From assembly GCA_934096105.1 (NCBI GenBank), contig CAKOLH010000004.1, forward strand, positions 2,494-66,493: a stretch of 64,000 nt of DNA. Direction: 5' to 3'. The position numbers were made by a program, and so were the translations under genes. Below, in pieces: positions 48,921 through 57,582 of this stretch. Below the pieces are notes generated by a model, which had not been told where the DNA came from, made no database searches, and was given only the letters and a program-made list of their open reading frames with translations. Each line of letters opens with the position of its first letter. Position 1 is the stretch's first letter. Source of the stretch: an uncultured Bacilli bacterium. GTDB taxonomy: Bacteria > Bacillota_I > Bacilli_A > RF39 > UBA660.

Positions 48921-51286
48921 TGAAGTTATCAAGAAAATTTGTAAGTGATTATATTGATATAAATGATGATATTAATACAGTAGCAGAAAAAATGACTGGC
49001 GTTGGCAACGAATACGATAGTGCTGGTAAATTAATAAATGCCTCTAATTTAGTAATCGGTGAAGTATTAGAATGTGATATGCATCCAGATTCAGATCATT
49101 TACATGTATGTAAGGTAAATGTATGTGATGAAGTACTTCAAATTGTATGTGGTGCTCCTAATGTAAGAAAAGGATTAAAAGTAATAGTAGCCTTACCTGG
49201 AGCAGAACTTCCTGGTGGTACTATTAAAAAAGGTGTTATAAGAGGAGTAGAATCAAATGGTATGTTATGTTCTATTGCTGAACTAGGTTTAGATCATAAA
49301 TTCCTAAAAGAAGAAGATATAAATGGTATTCATGAATTACCAGAAGATGCCCCAGTAGGTGAAGATCCTATCAAATACTTAAAATTAGATGACGAAGTAA
49401 TAGATTTTGAGTTAACTTCAAATAGGGGAGACCTACTTAGTATACTAGGTATGGCTTATGAACTTGGAGCAATCTATGATGAAAAAGTAAAAGCTATAGA
49501 TTTATCACATAAAGAAGGTATTGGAAATATAAAAGATGAATTAGAATTAAAAGTAGATACTGAGGCATGTCCATTGTTCCTTGCTAGAAAAGTAGTAAAT
49601 GTTACGATAAAAGAAAGTCCTACTTTTATTAAGAATAGATTAATAGCTTCAGGTATTAGACCTATTAATAATGTTGTAGATATTTCTAATTATGTAATGT
49701 TAGAAACTGGTCAGCCACTTCACTACTATGACGCTGATAGATTAGGAAGTACACTTGGAGTAAGGATGGCTAATGATAATGAAGAAATAACTACTTTAGA
49801 TAATCAAAAGAGAACTCTATCTAATTCAGATATAGTAATATATAATAATACTGGGGCTATTGGTCTAGCAGGTATTATGGGAGGACTATCTACTGAAGTA
49901 GAAAATGATACTAAAAATATCGTTATTGAAAGTGCTATCTTTGATCCAGTATTAATTAGAAAGACAAGTAAGAAAGTATTAAGAAGTGAGGCTTCAAATA
50001 GATTTGAAAAAGGTCTAGATCCAAAGAGAACATATATGGCTATGGAAAGAAGTCTTAACTTACTTGAAAAGTATGCATCTGCTAGTGTAGTAGGAGGTAT
50101 GCTAGAACATAAAAATATTGATATCAAAGATAAAGAAATAGAAATAGCATATAATAAAATAAATAAAATACTTGGAATAGAACTAGATAAAAATACTATT
50201 CTAGATATCTTTAGAAAACTAGATTTTACTACTTTAGATAAGGGAAATACAGTATTGGTTACAGTTCCAAGTAGAAGAATAGATATTGCTATTGAAGAAG
50301 ATTTAGTAGAAGAAGTAGGAAGAATATACGGTATAGATAATATTGAAGGTAGAAAGATGATTCTTCCGGTTAGAATGGGTAAGGTAGATAAAACTAATAG
50401 AAGTATTCGTCATTTACTTAGTAATTTAGGTTTATCTGAAACACTTACTTACTCACTAATAAAAGAAAGTGAAGTACATAAATATACTAATGATACTTTT
50501 GATAGTATAAGACTACAAGATCCTATGACGGAAGAGAGAAGTACTTTGAGATATAGTTTAATACCAAGTTTACTTTCAGTATATGATTATAATATTAATC
50601 GTGGTAATAATAATATTAATCTATTTGAAATAGGAAAGAGTTATTATGTAAAAGATAATATTCATTATGAAGATGAAAAACTAACTATTTTAATGAGTGG
50701 TACTTATTATAATAAATTAGGTAGTAATAGAGAAATAAACTACTATATAACAAAAGGTATACTAGAAAAAGTACTTAATTATTTAGGATATAATAATAGA
50801 TATTATTATAGAAAGGAAGATTTACCTAAAGAATTACATCCAGGAGTAGCTGCAAGTATCTATATAGATAATAAAAAAGTAGGTATTATTGGTAAGATAC
50901 ATCCTAATGTTACTAAAGATAATATCTTTGTTATAGAACTTAATTTATCTTTATTAAAAGATATTAAAGTATCTAAGATGAAATATAAAGAAATAAGTAA
51001 ATTCCCTGGTATTAGTAAAGATATAGCCTTTGTCCTTGACAAAAATATAACTTCAGAAGAAGTAATTAAAACTATCAAGAAAGCCGGAGGTAAACTTCTT
51101 ACTAAGATAGAAGTATTTGACTTATATGTAGATTCTTCATTAGGAGAAAATAATAAATCATTAGCCTTCTCATTATATTTTGAAGATCCAAATAAGACTC
51201 TTACTTTAGATGAAATAACTGAAATATTTGATAAAATAGCTACTGATGTAGAAAAGAAACATAATGCTAAATTAAGAAATAATTAA
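48920..51286 (+). CDS. pheT: Phenylalanine--tRNA ligase beta subunit
   Basis: tRNA-binding OB domain (VGEVLECDMHPDSDHLHVCKV), B3/4, B5 and FDX-ACB domains, 788 aa. Confidence 0.95.
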   Translation: MKLSRKFVSDYIDINDDINTVAEKMTGVGNEYDSAGKLINASNLVIGEVLECDMHPDSDHLHVCKVNVCDEVLQIVCGAPNVRKGLKVIVALPGAELPGGTIKKGVIRGVESNGMLCSIAELGLDHKFLKEEDINGIHELPEDAPVGEDPIKYLKLDDEVIDFELTSNRGDLLSILGMAYELGAIYDEKVKAIDLSHKEGIGNIKDELELKVDTEACPLFLARKVVNVTIKESPTFIKNRLIASGIRPINNVVDISNYVMLETGQPLHYYDADRLGSTLGVRMANDNEEITTLDNQKRTLSNSDIVIYNNTGAIGLAGIMGGLSTEVENDTKNIVIESAIFDPVLIRKTSKKVLRSEASNRFEKGLDPKRTYMAMERSLNLLEKYASASVVGGMLEHKNIDIKDKEIEIAYNKINKILGIELDKNTILDIFRKLDFTTLDKGNTVLVTVPSRRIDIAIEEDLVEEVGRIYGIDNIEGRKMILPVRMGKVDKTNRSIRHLLSNLGLSETLTYSLIKESEVHKYTNDTFDSIRLQDPMTEERSTLRYSLIPSLLSVYDYNINRGNNNINLFEIGKSYYVKDNIHYEDEKLTILMSGTYYNKLGSNREINYYITKGILEKVLNYLGYNNRYYYRKEDLPKELHPGVAASIYIDNKKVGIIGKIHPNVTKDNIFVIELNLSLLKDIKVSKMKYKEISKFPGISKDIAFVLDKNITSEEVIKTIKKAGGKLLTKIEVFDLYVDSSLGENNKSLAFSLYFEDPNKTLTLDEITEIFDKIATDVEKKHNAKLRNN

Positions 51287-51305
51287 AAAGCAATTAAGAA
51301 ATTAG

Positions 51306-51338
51306 AAAGATATAGTGAATAATTTACTATATCTTTTT
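51306..51338 (+). terminator. Intrinsic terminator after pheT
   Basis: AAAGATATAGT-gaataattt-ACTATATCTTT then TT. Confidence 0.85.
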
Positions 51339-51511
51339 ATGTATAAATATAATTTATATGGTATATAAAAAATTAATATTTGTAACACATCATTTTAGTA
51401 TTACTATATTGCTTGTAGGAGGCTTGGTTTGATTTTTTAGAACGTTTGTGAAGTTTTACCTAATTAATTTTTGGTTTTCATTGCGATTTGGTAAAAGTTG
51501 TCAAAAAAGGG

Positions 51512-51539
51512 TTGACAAACATTCTAAAAAGATATAAAA
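51512..51539 (+). promoter_or_regulatory. Promoter with an overlapping inverted repeat (possible operator)
   Basis: TTGACA (51512-17), 16 nt, TATAAA. The inverted repeat TTGTCAA-aaaaggg-TTGACAA spans the -35 element. Confidence 0.55.
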
Positions 51540-51576
51540 TCAACTTAAATTATTTAAAAAAGAGGAGTTGAGCATT

Positions 51577-51711
51577 ATGATAAAATATGTTATGTTAAAT
51601 ATTAGTTCTATACTTAATAATGTTAGAAATAATTTAACTGACATATTTTTCTGCTGCTGCAAAATTAAAAATATTGTTATTACTAAAGAGCAGTACTCAG
51701 TGAATGGCTAA
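51577..51711 (+). CDS. Putative 44-aa leader peptide with three consecutive Cys codons (absent from the ORF track)
   Basis: AGAGGAG RBS 9 nt upstream. Hand translation gives MIKYVMLNISSILNNVRNNLTDIFFCCCKIKNIVITKEQYSVNG. The last 9 codons or so form the 5' arm of the following terminator. Confidence 0.4.
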   Translation: MIKYVMLNISSILNNVRNNLTDIFFCCCKIKNIVITKEQYSVNG

Positions 51712-51743
51712 TTTGATGTCGTTCACTGGAGTGCTGCTCTTTT
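51685..51743 (+). terminator. Strong terminator/attenuator hairpin upstream of the rel homologue
   Basis: AAGAGCAGTACTCAGTGAA ... TTCACTGGAGTGCTGCTCTT, about 19 bp with one G-U pair and one bulge, then TTTTG. It sits between the promoter and the first long ORF. Confidence 0.75.
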
Positions 51744-51760
51744 GTTATATATGGTGGTGA

Positions 51761-53206
51761 ATGAAAATGAATAAACTTACTGTTGATGATTTGCTTAATC
51801 TAGTTAAAAGTTATAATCCTGATGAAGTAGAAATCATAAAAAGAGCATATTATTATGCTGACAATCTTCATACGGGACAAAAAAGACAAAGTGGAGAGCC
51901 TTATATTACTCATCCTCTCAATGTTGCTTATATTCTCGCAGAAATGCATGCTGATAGGGATACAGTATGTGCTGGATTATTACATGATACTTTGGAAGAT
52001 ACTCATATTACCAAGGAAGATATTTCACACGATTTTAATCCTGAAATAGCTGCTTTAGTAGATGGAGTAACAAAGATAAGTAAACTTAACTTTTCTACTA
52101 AACAAGAACAAAATGTAGCTAATACTAGGAAGATAATTACTGGTATTACAAGTGATGTCAGAATAATAATTATTAAACTAGCAGATAGACTTCATAATAT
52201 GCGAACTATGGAGTATAAGTCAGAATTCAAACAAAAAGAAAATTCACTAGAAACTATGGATATATTTGTACCTCTTGCTTATTATATTGGAGCATATAGA
52301 ATAAAAAGTGAATTGGAAGATTTATCTTTTAGATATTTAAAACCAGATATTTATATGAATTTATTTGAAAAAAATAAGAAAATAGAAGAAGAAAATAAGA
52401 ACCTTTTATTAGAAATGAAATATAAAATAGAAAATATTTTAAAAGATAATAATATACCTAACGAGATTAAAGTTAGAACTAAGAATATATATGGTATATA
52501 TAAGAGATTACACGAAGGACAGAGACTATCTGATATACATGATTTATTTTCTCTTAAAATAATGGTAGATGAAATAGATAATTGCTACAGGGGATTAAGA
52601 TATGTACATAGTTTATATCATCCTATAAATAATAAGTTTAAAGATTATATATGCAATCCTAAAACTAATATGTATAGTAGCCTTCATACAACAGTATTTG
52701 GTCCTGAGGGAAGACTTGTTCAAACACAAATTAGAACATTTGATATGGATAAAATTGCATCGTTTGGTCTTACCGCTTATTTTGATATAAATAAAGGTGC
52801 AGCAAGAAGAATTATGCAAGAAGATTTAAAGAATAAGTATCAGTTTTTTAGTTCATTATTAGAAATTAATTCAGTATTTGCAGACAATCAAGAATTTGTT
52901 AATCAAATAAAAAATGAATTATTTTCTGATAAGGTATATATTTATGGTACAGATGGCAAAATAGTGGAATTACCTAAAGGATCAACGATAATAGATTATG
53001 CATTTAACTTAGATTCTGATATTGGTAATACTATGGTAGGTGCTATCGTTAATGATGATTATAAAGATGTTAGTTATGTTCTTAAAAACAATGATAGAGT
53101 AAGAATTATTAGTGATGAGTTATCATTTGGTCCAAGAGAAGAATGGATTGCTAAGGCAGTTACTACTAAGGCAAGAAAGAGAATAAGAGACTTTAGAAAG
53201 ATGTAG
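51761..53206 (+). CDS. RelA/SpoT homologue: HD hydrolase, synthetase-like and TGS domains; no C-terminal regulatory domains
   Basis: HD motifs HPLNVAYILAEM...LLHDTLEDT. Synthetase-like region YGIYKRL...DLFSLKIMV...KDYICNPKTNMYSSLHTTV...VQTQIRT. TGS YIYGTDGKIVELPKGSTIIDYAF. 481 aa against the usual 730 or so. The start could be 51767. Confidence 0.8.
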   Translation: MKMNKLTVDDLLNLVKSYNPDEVEIIKRAYYYADNLHTGQKRQSGEPYITHPLNVAYILAEMHADRDTVCAGLLHDTLEDTHITKEDISHDFNPEIAALVDGVTKISKLNFSTKQEQNVANTRKIITGITSDVRIIIIKLADRLHNMRTMEYKSEFKQKENSLETMDIFVPLAYYIGAYRIKSELEDLSFRYLKPDIYMNLFEKNKKIEEENKNLLLEMKYKIENILKDNNIPNEIKVRTKNIYGIYKRLHEGQRLSDIHDLFSLKIMVDEIDNCYRGLRYVHSLYHPINNKFKDYICNPKTNMYSSLHTTVFGPEGRLVQTQIRTFDMDKIASFGLTAYFDINKGAARRIMQEDLKNKYQFFSSLLEINSVFADNQEFVNQIKNELFSDKVYIYGTDGKIVELPKGSTIIDYAFNLDSDIGNTMVGAIVNDDYKDVSYVLKNNDRVRIISDELSFGPREEWIAKAVTTKARKRIRDFRKM

Positions 53207-53217
53207 AGGAGGTAAAT

Positions 53218-54426
53218 ATGAATATTGGTTTTGATATAGACGATACAATTACTAATTCTAGTGAGGTATTTGTGAAATATGCGATAGAGTATAATCGTAT
53301 GAAGAAAATTAACTATTCAATTAGAAAAAATGAAATGGATCAAACGCTTGCATTTGGATGGAACGATAATAACAAAATAGAATTTAAAAAATTATTTTTA
53401 GAAAAAATTTTAATGGAATCTACTCCAAACGAAGATGTAATTAATGTAATCAACTATTTAAAAAATAACCATCATACAATATTTTTAATCACAGCGAGAA
53501 GTGATTATGAAATTTCCAATATATATGAATTGACGGAAAAATGGTTGTTAAAAAATAAAATTAAATATGATAAATTATTTGTTAATTCTAAGGACAAACT
53601 TTCTATTTGCAAGGAAAATAACATTGATATATATGTTGATGATAATTTTGATATTTGTAATAATATTTTTAAAAATTCAAAAATAGATGTTATAATATAC
53701 ACAACAAAGTATAATGAAAATATTAAAACTAAATTTAAACGAGTATTTAATTGGCATCAAATATTGTTATACATAAAAAAAGTGGAAAAGGAGAAAAAAG
53801 TGAAAAGAGAGTTAAAATACATTGATGTTGAAAAAAGAGAAGATTTTCCACCAGAACCAAAAGGAATGAGATTTATTCATTTTTATGGTGGAACGAAAAA
53901 CTATAGAGGATACTTGGTTTCAGAAAACTTATCACGTGCAGATTTTATGGAACAGTATTCGGAATATATACCAATACAAAATGCTCCTGTATATGAAAAT
54001 AATGGAATAATATTGAGAGCAGATCCAAAATTTCCATGTCCAGGTTTTTATATTTTATCATTAAATAAAACATATAAAGCTTTTGACTTACTTGACGACG
54101 TAACATTTTTAAGATTTTCATTTATATTAAAGAAAGCAAAAGAAGGAATGAGAAATGTTTTGGGAATAAATTATGCACATTTGCTTTCAAACGAAAAATC
54201 CGATCCATATGTTAATGTTCATTTTTGGCTGGTTCCAGTAAATGGTATAACTTCACCAGATTTATTGGATTTTGATGTTAAAGCATATTTAAATAGTTTT
54301 ATTCCAAAAGAAAATATTGATAAGATAATAATTTATAATAATAAATTAAAGAAATACTTTGAAGAAATAAAATTGGTTGAACAAGATAACGCATTATCTA
54401 TAAAATTGAATAGTGAAACTAAATAA
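53218..54426 (+). CDS. Fusion protein: HAD-superfamily 5'(3')-deoxyribonucleotidase-like N-domain plus HIT-like C-domain
   Basis: N-terminus has the DxDxT motif GFDIDDTIT, then ...FLITARS..., ...YVDDN. The C-terminus has PGFYILS...GINYAHLLSNE...VNVHFWLVP, resembling a HIT fold that keeps only the central His of HxHxH. Confidence 0.5.
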   Translation: MNIGFDIDDTITNSSEVFVKYAIEYNRMKKINYSIRKNEMDQTLAFGWNDNNKIEFKKLFLEKILMESTPNEDVINVINYLKNNHHTIFLITARSDYEISNIYELTEKWLLKNKIKYDKLFVNSKDKLSICKENNIDIYVDDNFDICNNIFKNSKIDVIIYTTKYNENIKTKFKRVFNWHQILLYIKKVEKEKKVKRELKYIDVEKREDFPPEPKGMRFIHFYGGTKNYRGYLVSENLSRADFMEQYSEYIPIQNAPVYENNGIILRADPKFPCPGFYILSLNKTYKAFDLLDDVTFLRFSFILKKAKEGMRNVLGINYAHLLSNEKSDPYVNVHFWLVPVNGITSPDLLDFDVKAYLNSFIPKENIDKIIIYNNKLKKYFEEIKLVEQDNALSIKLNSETK

Positions 54427-54461
54427 ATAATAAAGTAGTTGAATATTGGAGGTAACAAAAT

Positions 54462-55352
54462 ATGCATTTAAATTTATTTGTAAGTCAAAAATGTTTTTTG
54501 TATTGTAAAGGGTGTTATAGTTTTTCTAGAATTGAAAAATCTGGCCAAACATTAGATACCCAAAAAATTATTGAATTTTTAAAATATGCGTATGATCATG
54601 GTATTGACAAAGTTACGCTTTGTGGAGGAGATCCTTTAACTAGAAATGATATAATTAATTTATTAAAAATGATTAAAAGCATTGGTTATTATATTTCAAT
54701 TGATACTGTAGGCACATCAATAATTAGAGATGTAGTAAAAAATGATGGTACTATTACGAAAAAAATTGATGCCAAGGATTTGTCCGAATTAGTAGATGAG
54801 ATAGGATTACCTATTGATGGTTCAAATAATGAAATATTTAGAAAATTTAGACAAACTGATTTCGACTTGTTGTCTGATCAGTTAAAAATATGTAATGAAT
54901 TAAATAAATATGGCATTAATATTTGTATTAATACTGTAGTTCACAAAGAAAATTTAAATGATGCTAAATTATTGTGTGAGATAATAAATAAACTAAATTA
55001 TATTAAAAAATGGCAATTATTTAAATATGCTCCAATGGGTAAATATGGTGTCTTGAATCGAAAACAATTTGAAATATCTGAAATACAATTTGAAGAGTAT
55101 AAGCAAAATATTTTGAATGCATGTTTAAGAAAAGACATTATTGATTTTAAAAACTTTGATGTAAGAACTAAATTATATATGTTAATAGATAATTCTGGGA
55201 ATGCATGGATACCAGAATATAATCAAGGAATGTTTGACAATTATAATATAGTAACTGATAATAGAAAAATAATAGGAAACATAACTAACCAAACAGATTG
55301 GAGTGGATTATGTAAAATATTAAAGTTAGGAGAAAATAAAAATGAAACATGA
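54462..55352 (+). CDS. Radical SAM enzyme, viperin-like (candidate prokaryotic viperin)
   Basis: CFLYCKGCY (Cx3Cx2C), KVTLCGGDPL, IGLPIDGSNNEIF and INTVVHKENL...IKKWQLFKY. These parallel viperin NYHFTRQCNYKCGFCFH, KINFSGGEPF, ISCDSFDEE and INSVINRFN...RWKVFQC. About 296 aa with no SPASM domain. Confidence 0.5.
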   Translation: MHLNLFVSQKCFLYCKGCYSFSRIEKSGQTLDTQKIIEFLKYAYDHGIDKVTLCGGDPLTRNDIINLLKMIKSIGYYISIDTVGTSIIRDVVKNDGTITKKIDAKDLSELVDEIGLPIDGSNNEIFRKFRQTDFDLLSDQLKICNELNKYGINICINTVVHKENLNDAKLLCEIINKLNYIKKWQLFKYAPMGKYGVLNRKQFEISEIQFEEYKQNILNACLRKDIIDFKNFDVRTKLYMLIDNSGNAWIPEYNQGMFDNYNIVTDNRKIIGNITNQTDWSGLCKILKLGENKNET

Positions 55353-56736
55353 AGATATTAAATTAATATTGAATAATGATGAATACATTGGAAAAGAAAT
55401 AACTGTTTGTGGTTGGATTAGAGCAATTAGAAAAAACAAAAGTATACTTTTTTTAGAAATTAATGATGGAACATCATTAAAAAATTTACAATTAGTAGTT
55501 GATTATGCGTTGATTACAACAGAAAAGTTATTTAGTAAATTAAGTATTGGTTCTTCTATTGCTGTTAATGGCATTGTTGTTAATTCAATAAATTCAAGTC
55601 AGAAAATAGAGTTAAAGGTTAAAGAAATAAAATTACTTGGAAAATGTCCGAATGATTATCCTATTCAAAGAAAAAAACAAAATATGGAATATTTGCGGAA
55701 TTATCCACATCTTAGGACAAGAACCAATACTTTTAATGCTGCCTTTAGAATAAGAAGTATGTTGATAAAATATATTCATGACTATTTTCAAGAACATGAT
55801 TATATATATGTTAATACTCCGATAATTACAGGTAGTAATTGTGAGGGTGCTGGAGAAATGTTTAGAGTTACTACACACGATTTAGACAAATTATCTAAAG
55901 AGCCTTATGACGCAAATTTAAATAGTAAGGATTTTTTTGGAAAAAAGGTCAATTTAACTATTTCCGGTCAATTAGAAGCGGAAGCAATGGCATGTAGTTT
56001 AGGTAAAGTTTACACATTTGGTCCTAGTTTTAGAGCAGAAAATTCTAACACAAAAAAACATGCCGCTGAATTTTGGCTATTTGAACCTGAAATGGCCTTT
56101 ACTGATTTAAATGAAGCAATGAATGTTGTTGATGAATTATTAAAAAATGTATTTAAACGAATTTTATGTAATTGCTCACAAGAAATAGATTTCTTTACTA
56201 ATTTTTATGATAGCAATTTATTAAATAAACTTAACAATGTTGTTGAAAGTAAATTCCCAGTCCTTGAATATTCTGATGTTATAAATATATTGCAATCTTC
56301 AGAAATTGGTTTTGAATTTCCAATATATATGGGATGTGATTTAAAAAGCGAACATATTCGTTATTTGACGGATGTCATATTTAAAAAACCCATATATATT
56401 ATTAATTATCCTAGAGATTTAAAACCTTTTTATGTAAAAATAAATAACGACGGAAAAACAGTAGCAGCAGCAGATTTGTATTTTCCTGGAATCGGTGATA
56501 TTATAGGCGTATGTCAGAAAGAAGATGACTTTGAATTGTTAAGTCGGAGAATAAAAGAATTGAATATGACTGAGGAAGATTATTCTTGGTATTTAGATTT
56601 GAGAAAATACGGAACGGTTCCACATAGTGGCTTTGGATTAGGTATTGAAAGACTTGTAATGTATACTACCGGACTGGACAACATTAGAGATACTATATGT
56701 TTTCCAAGAACTAAATGCAAAAAACTTAAACTGTAA
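55342..56736 (+). CDS. asnS: Asparagine--tRNA ligase (class IIb)
   Basis: OB-fold N-domain (CGWIRAIRKNKSILFLEINDG), motif 2 FGPSFRAENSNTKKHAAEFWLFEPEMAF and motif 3 GFGLGIERLVMY. The start overlaps the radical SAM gene by 11 nt. Confidence 0.85.
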   Translation: MKHEDIKLILNNDEYIGKEITVCGWIRAIRKNKSILFLEINDGTSLKNLQLVVDYALITTEKLFSKLSIGSSIAVNGIVVNSINSSQKIELKVKEIKLLGKCPNDYPIQRKKQNMEYLRNYPHLRTRTNTFNAAFRIRSMLIKYIHDYFQEHDYIYVNTPIITGSNCEGAGEMFRVTTHDLDKLSKEPYDANLNSKDFFGKKVNLTISGQLEAEAMACSLGKVYTFGPSFRAENSNTKKHAAEFWLFEPEMAFTDLNEAMNVVDELLKNVFKRILCNCSQEIDFFTNFYDSNLLNKLNNVVESKFPVLEYSDVINILQSSEIGFEFPIYMGCDLKSEHIRYLTDVIFKKPIYIINYPRDLKPFYVKINNDGKTVAAADLYFPGIGDIIGVCQKEDDFELLSRRIKELNMTEEDYSWYLDLRKYGTVPHSGFGLGIERLVMYTTGLDNIRDTICFPRTKCKKLKL

Positions 56737-56784
56737 TATAAATTTTAAAAATAAAAAATTAATGAAATAAAAGGAGAAAAATGT

Positions 56785-57582
56785 ATGAAAAAGAAAATAG
56801 TGGCTATTGGTGGTGGAGAAAACGGAAGGTTTCTTGAAGATGGAACTAAAACTGAATATGAAACAGAAATAATGGATAAGGAAATTATTAAATTAACTGA
56901 AAAAGAAAAACCTAATTATTTATTTATTGCTCATGCAATGTGTTTTTCTGATGAAATTCAGGAAAGCTATTATGATACTATGAAGAAAATATACGATGAT
57001 AAATATGGATGTGACTGTATGTTCCTAAAGTCAACTAGTTTATACGATACTAATTTAGTAAAAGAAATGGTTGAATGGGCTGATATTATATATGAAGGTG
57101 GCGGTGATACTTCAGCTATGATTAAACTTTGGAAAGAAACAGGTTTTGATACTATTTTAAAATATGCTTGGCAAAATGGTAAAGTAATATGTGGCATTTC
57201 TGCAGGGGCGGTATGTTGGTTTAATTCTTGCAATTCCGATATAGATGCATCACATTTTGAAGTTACAGATTGTTTGAACTGGTTTGATGTATTTATTGTT
57301 CCACATTGTGATGAGGATGGCCGATATGAATCTGCGAAAAAACAACTTAGAGAAAATCAAAAAGTTGGACTTATGTTATCTAATTGTTCTGCTATTGAAA
57401 TTATTAATAATAAATATAAAATAATTTGCGCTGATACAAATAAAAGAAAATTTAAAAAAGGCTATGTATTAAAGTGTTACTGGCAAGACGATAGATATTA
57501 TGAAGAAAAACTAGAGGAAAATAATGAATATAAAATGTTAAGTGAGTTATTTTGCAAAAATATAGTAGATTTATCAAAGTAA
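56785..57582 (+). CDS. Peptidase S51 family (dipeptidase E / cyanophycinase-like)
   Basis: IVAIGGGE, IYEGGGDT, GISAGAVCW (Ser nucleophile) and VPHCDE (His). Confidence 0.7.
   Translation: MKKKIVAIGGGENGRFLEDGTKTEYETEIMDKEIIKLTEKEKPNYLFIAHAMCFSDEIQESYYDTMKKIYDDKYGCDCMFLKSTSLYDTNLVKEMVEWADIIYEGGGDTSAMIKLWKETGFDTILKYAWQNGKVICGISAGAVCWFNSCNSDIDASHFEVTDCLNWFDVFIVPHCDEDGRYESAKKQLRENQKVGLMLSNCSAIEIINNKYKIICADTNKRKFKKGYVLKCYWQDDRYYEEKLEENNEYKMLSELFCKNIVDLSK

Noticed and set aside
51577-51711. The 44-aa Cys-rich ORF as a RiPP precursor for the downstream radical SAM enzyme
   Set aside because: The radical SAM protein lacks SPASM or RiPP-recognition features and looks viperin-like. The ORF is separated from it by two genes and a terminator. 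The attenuation geometry explains the ORF better.
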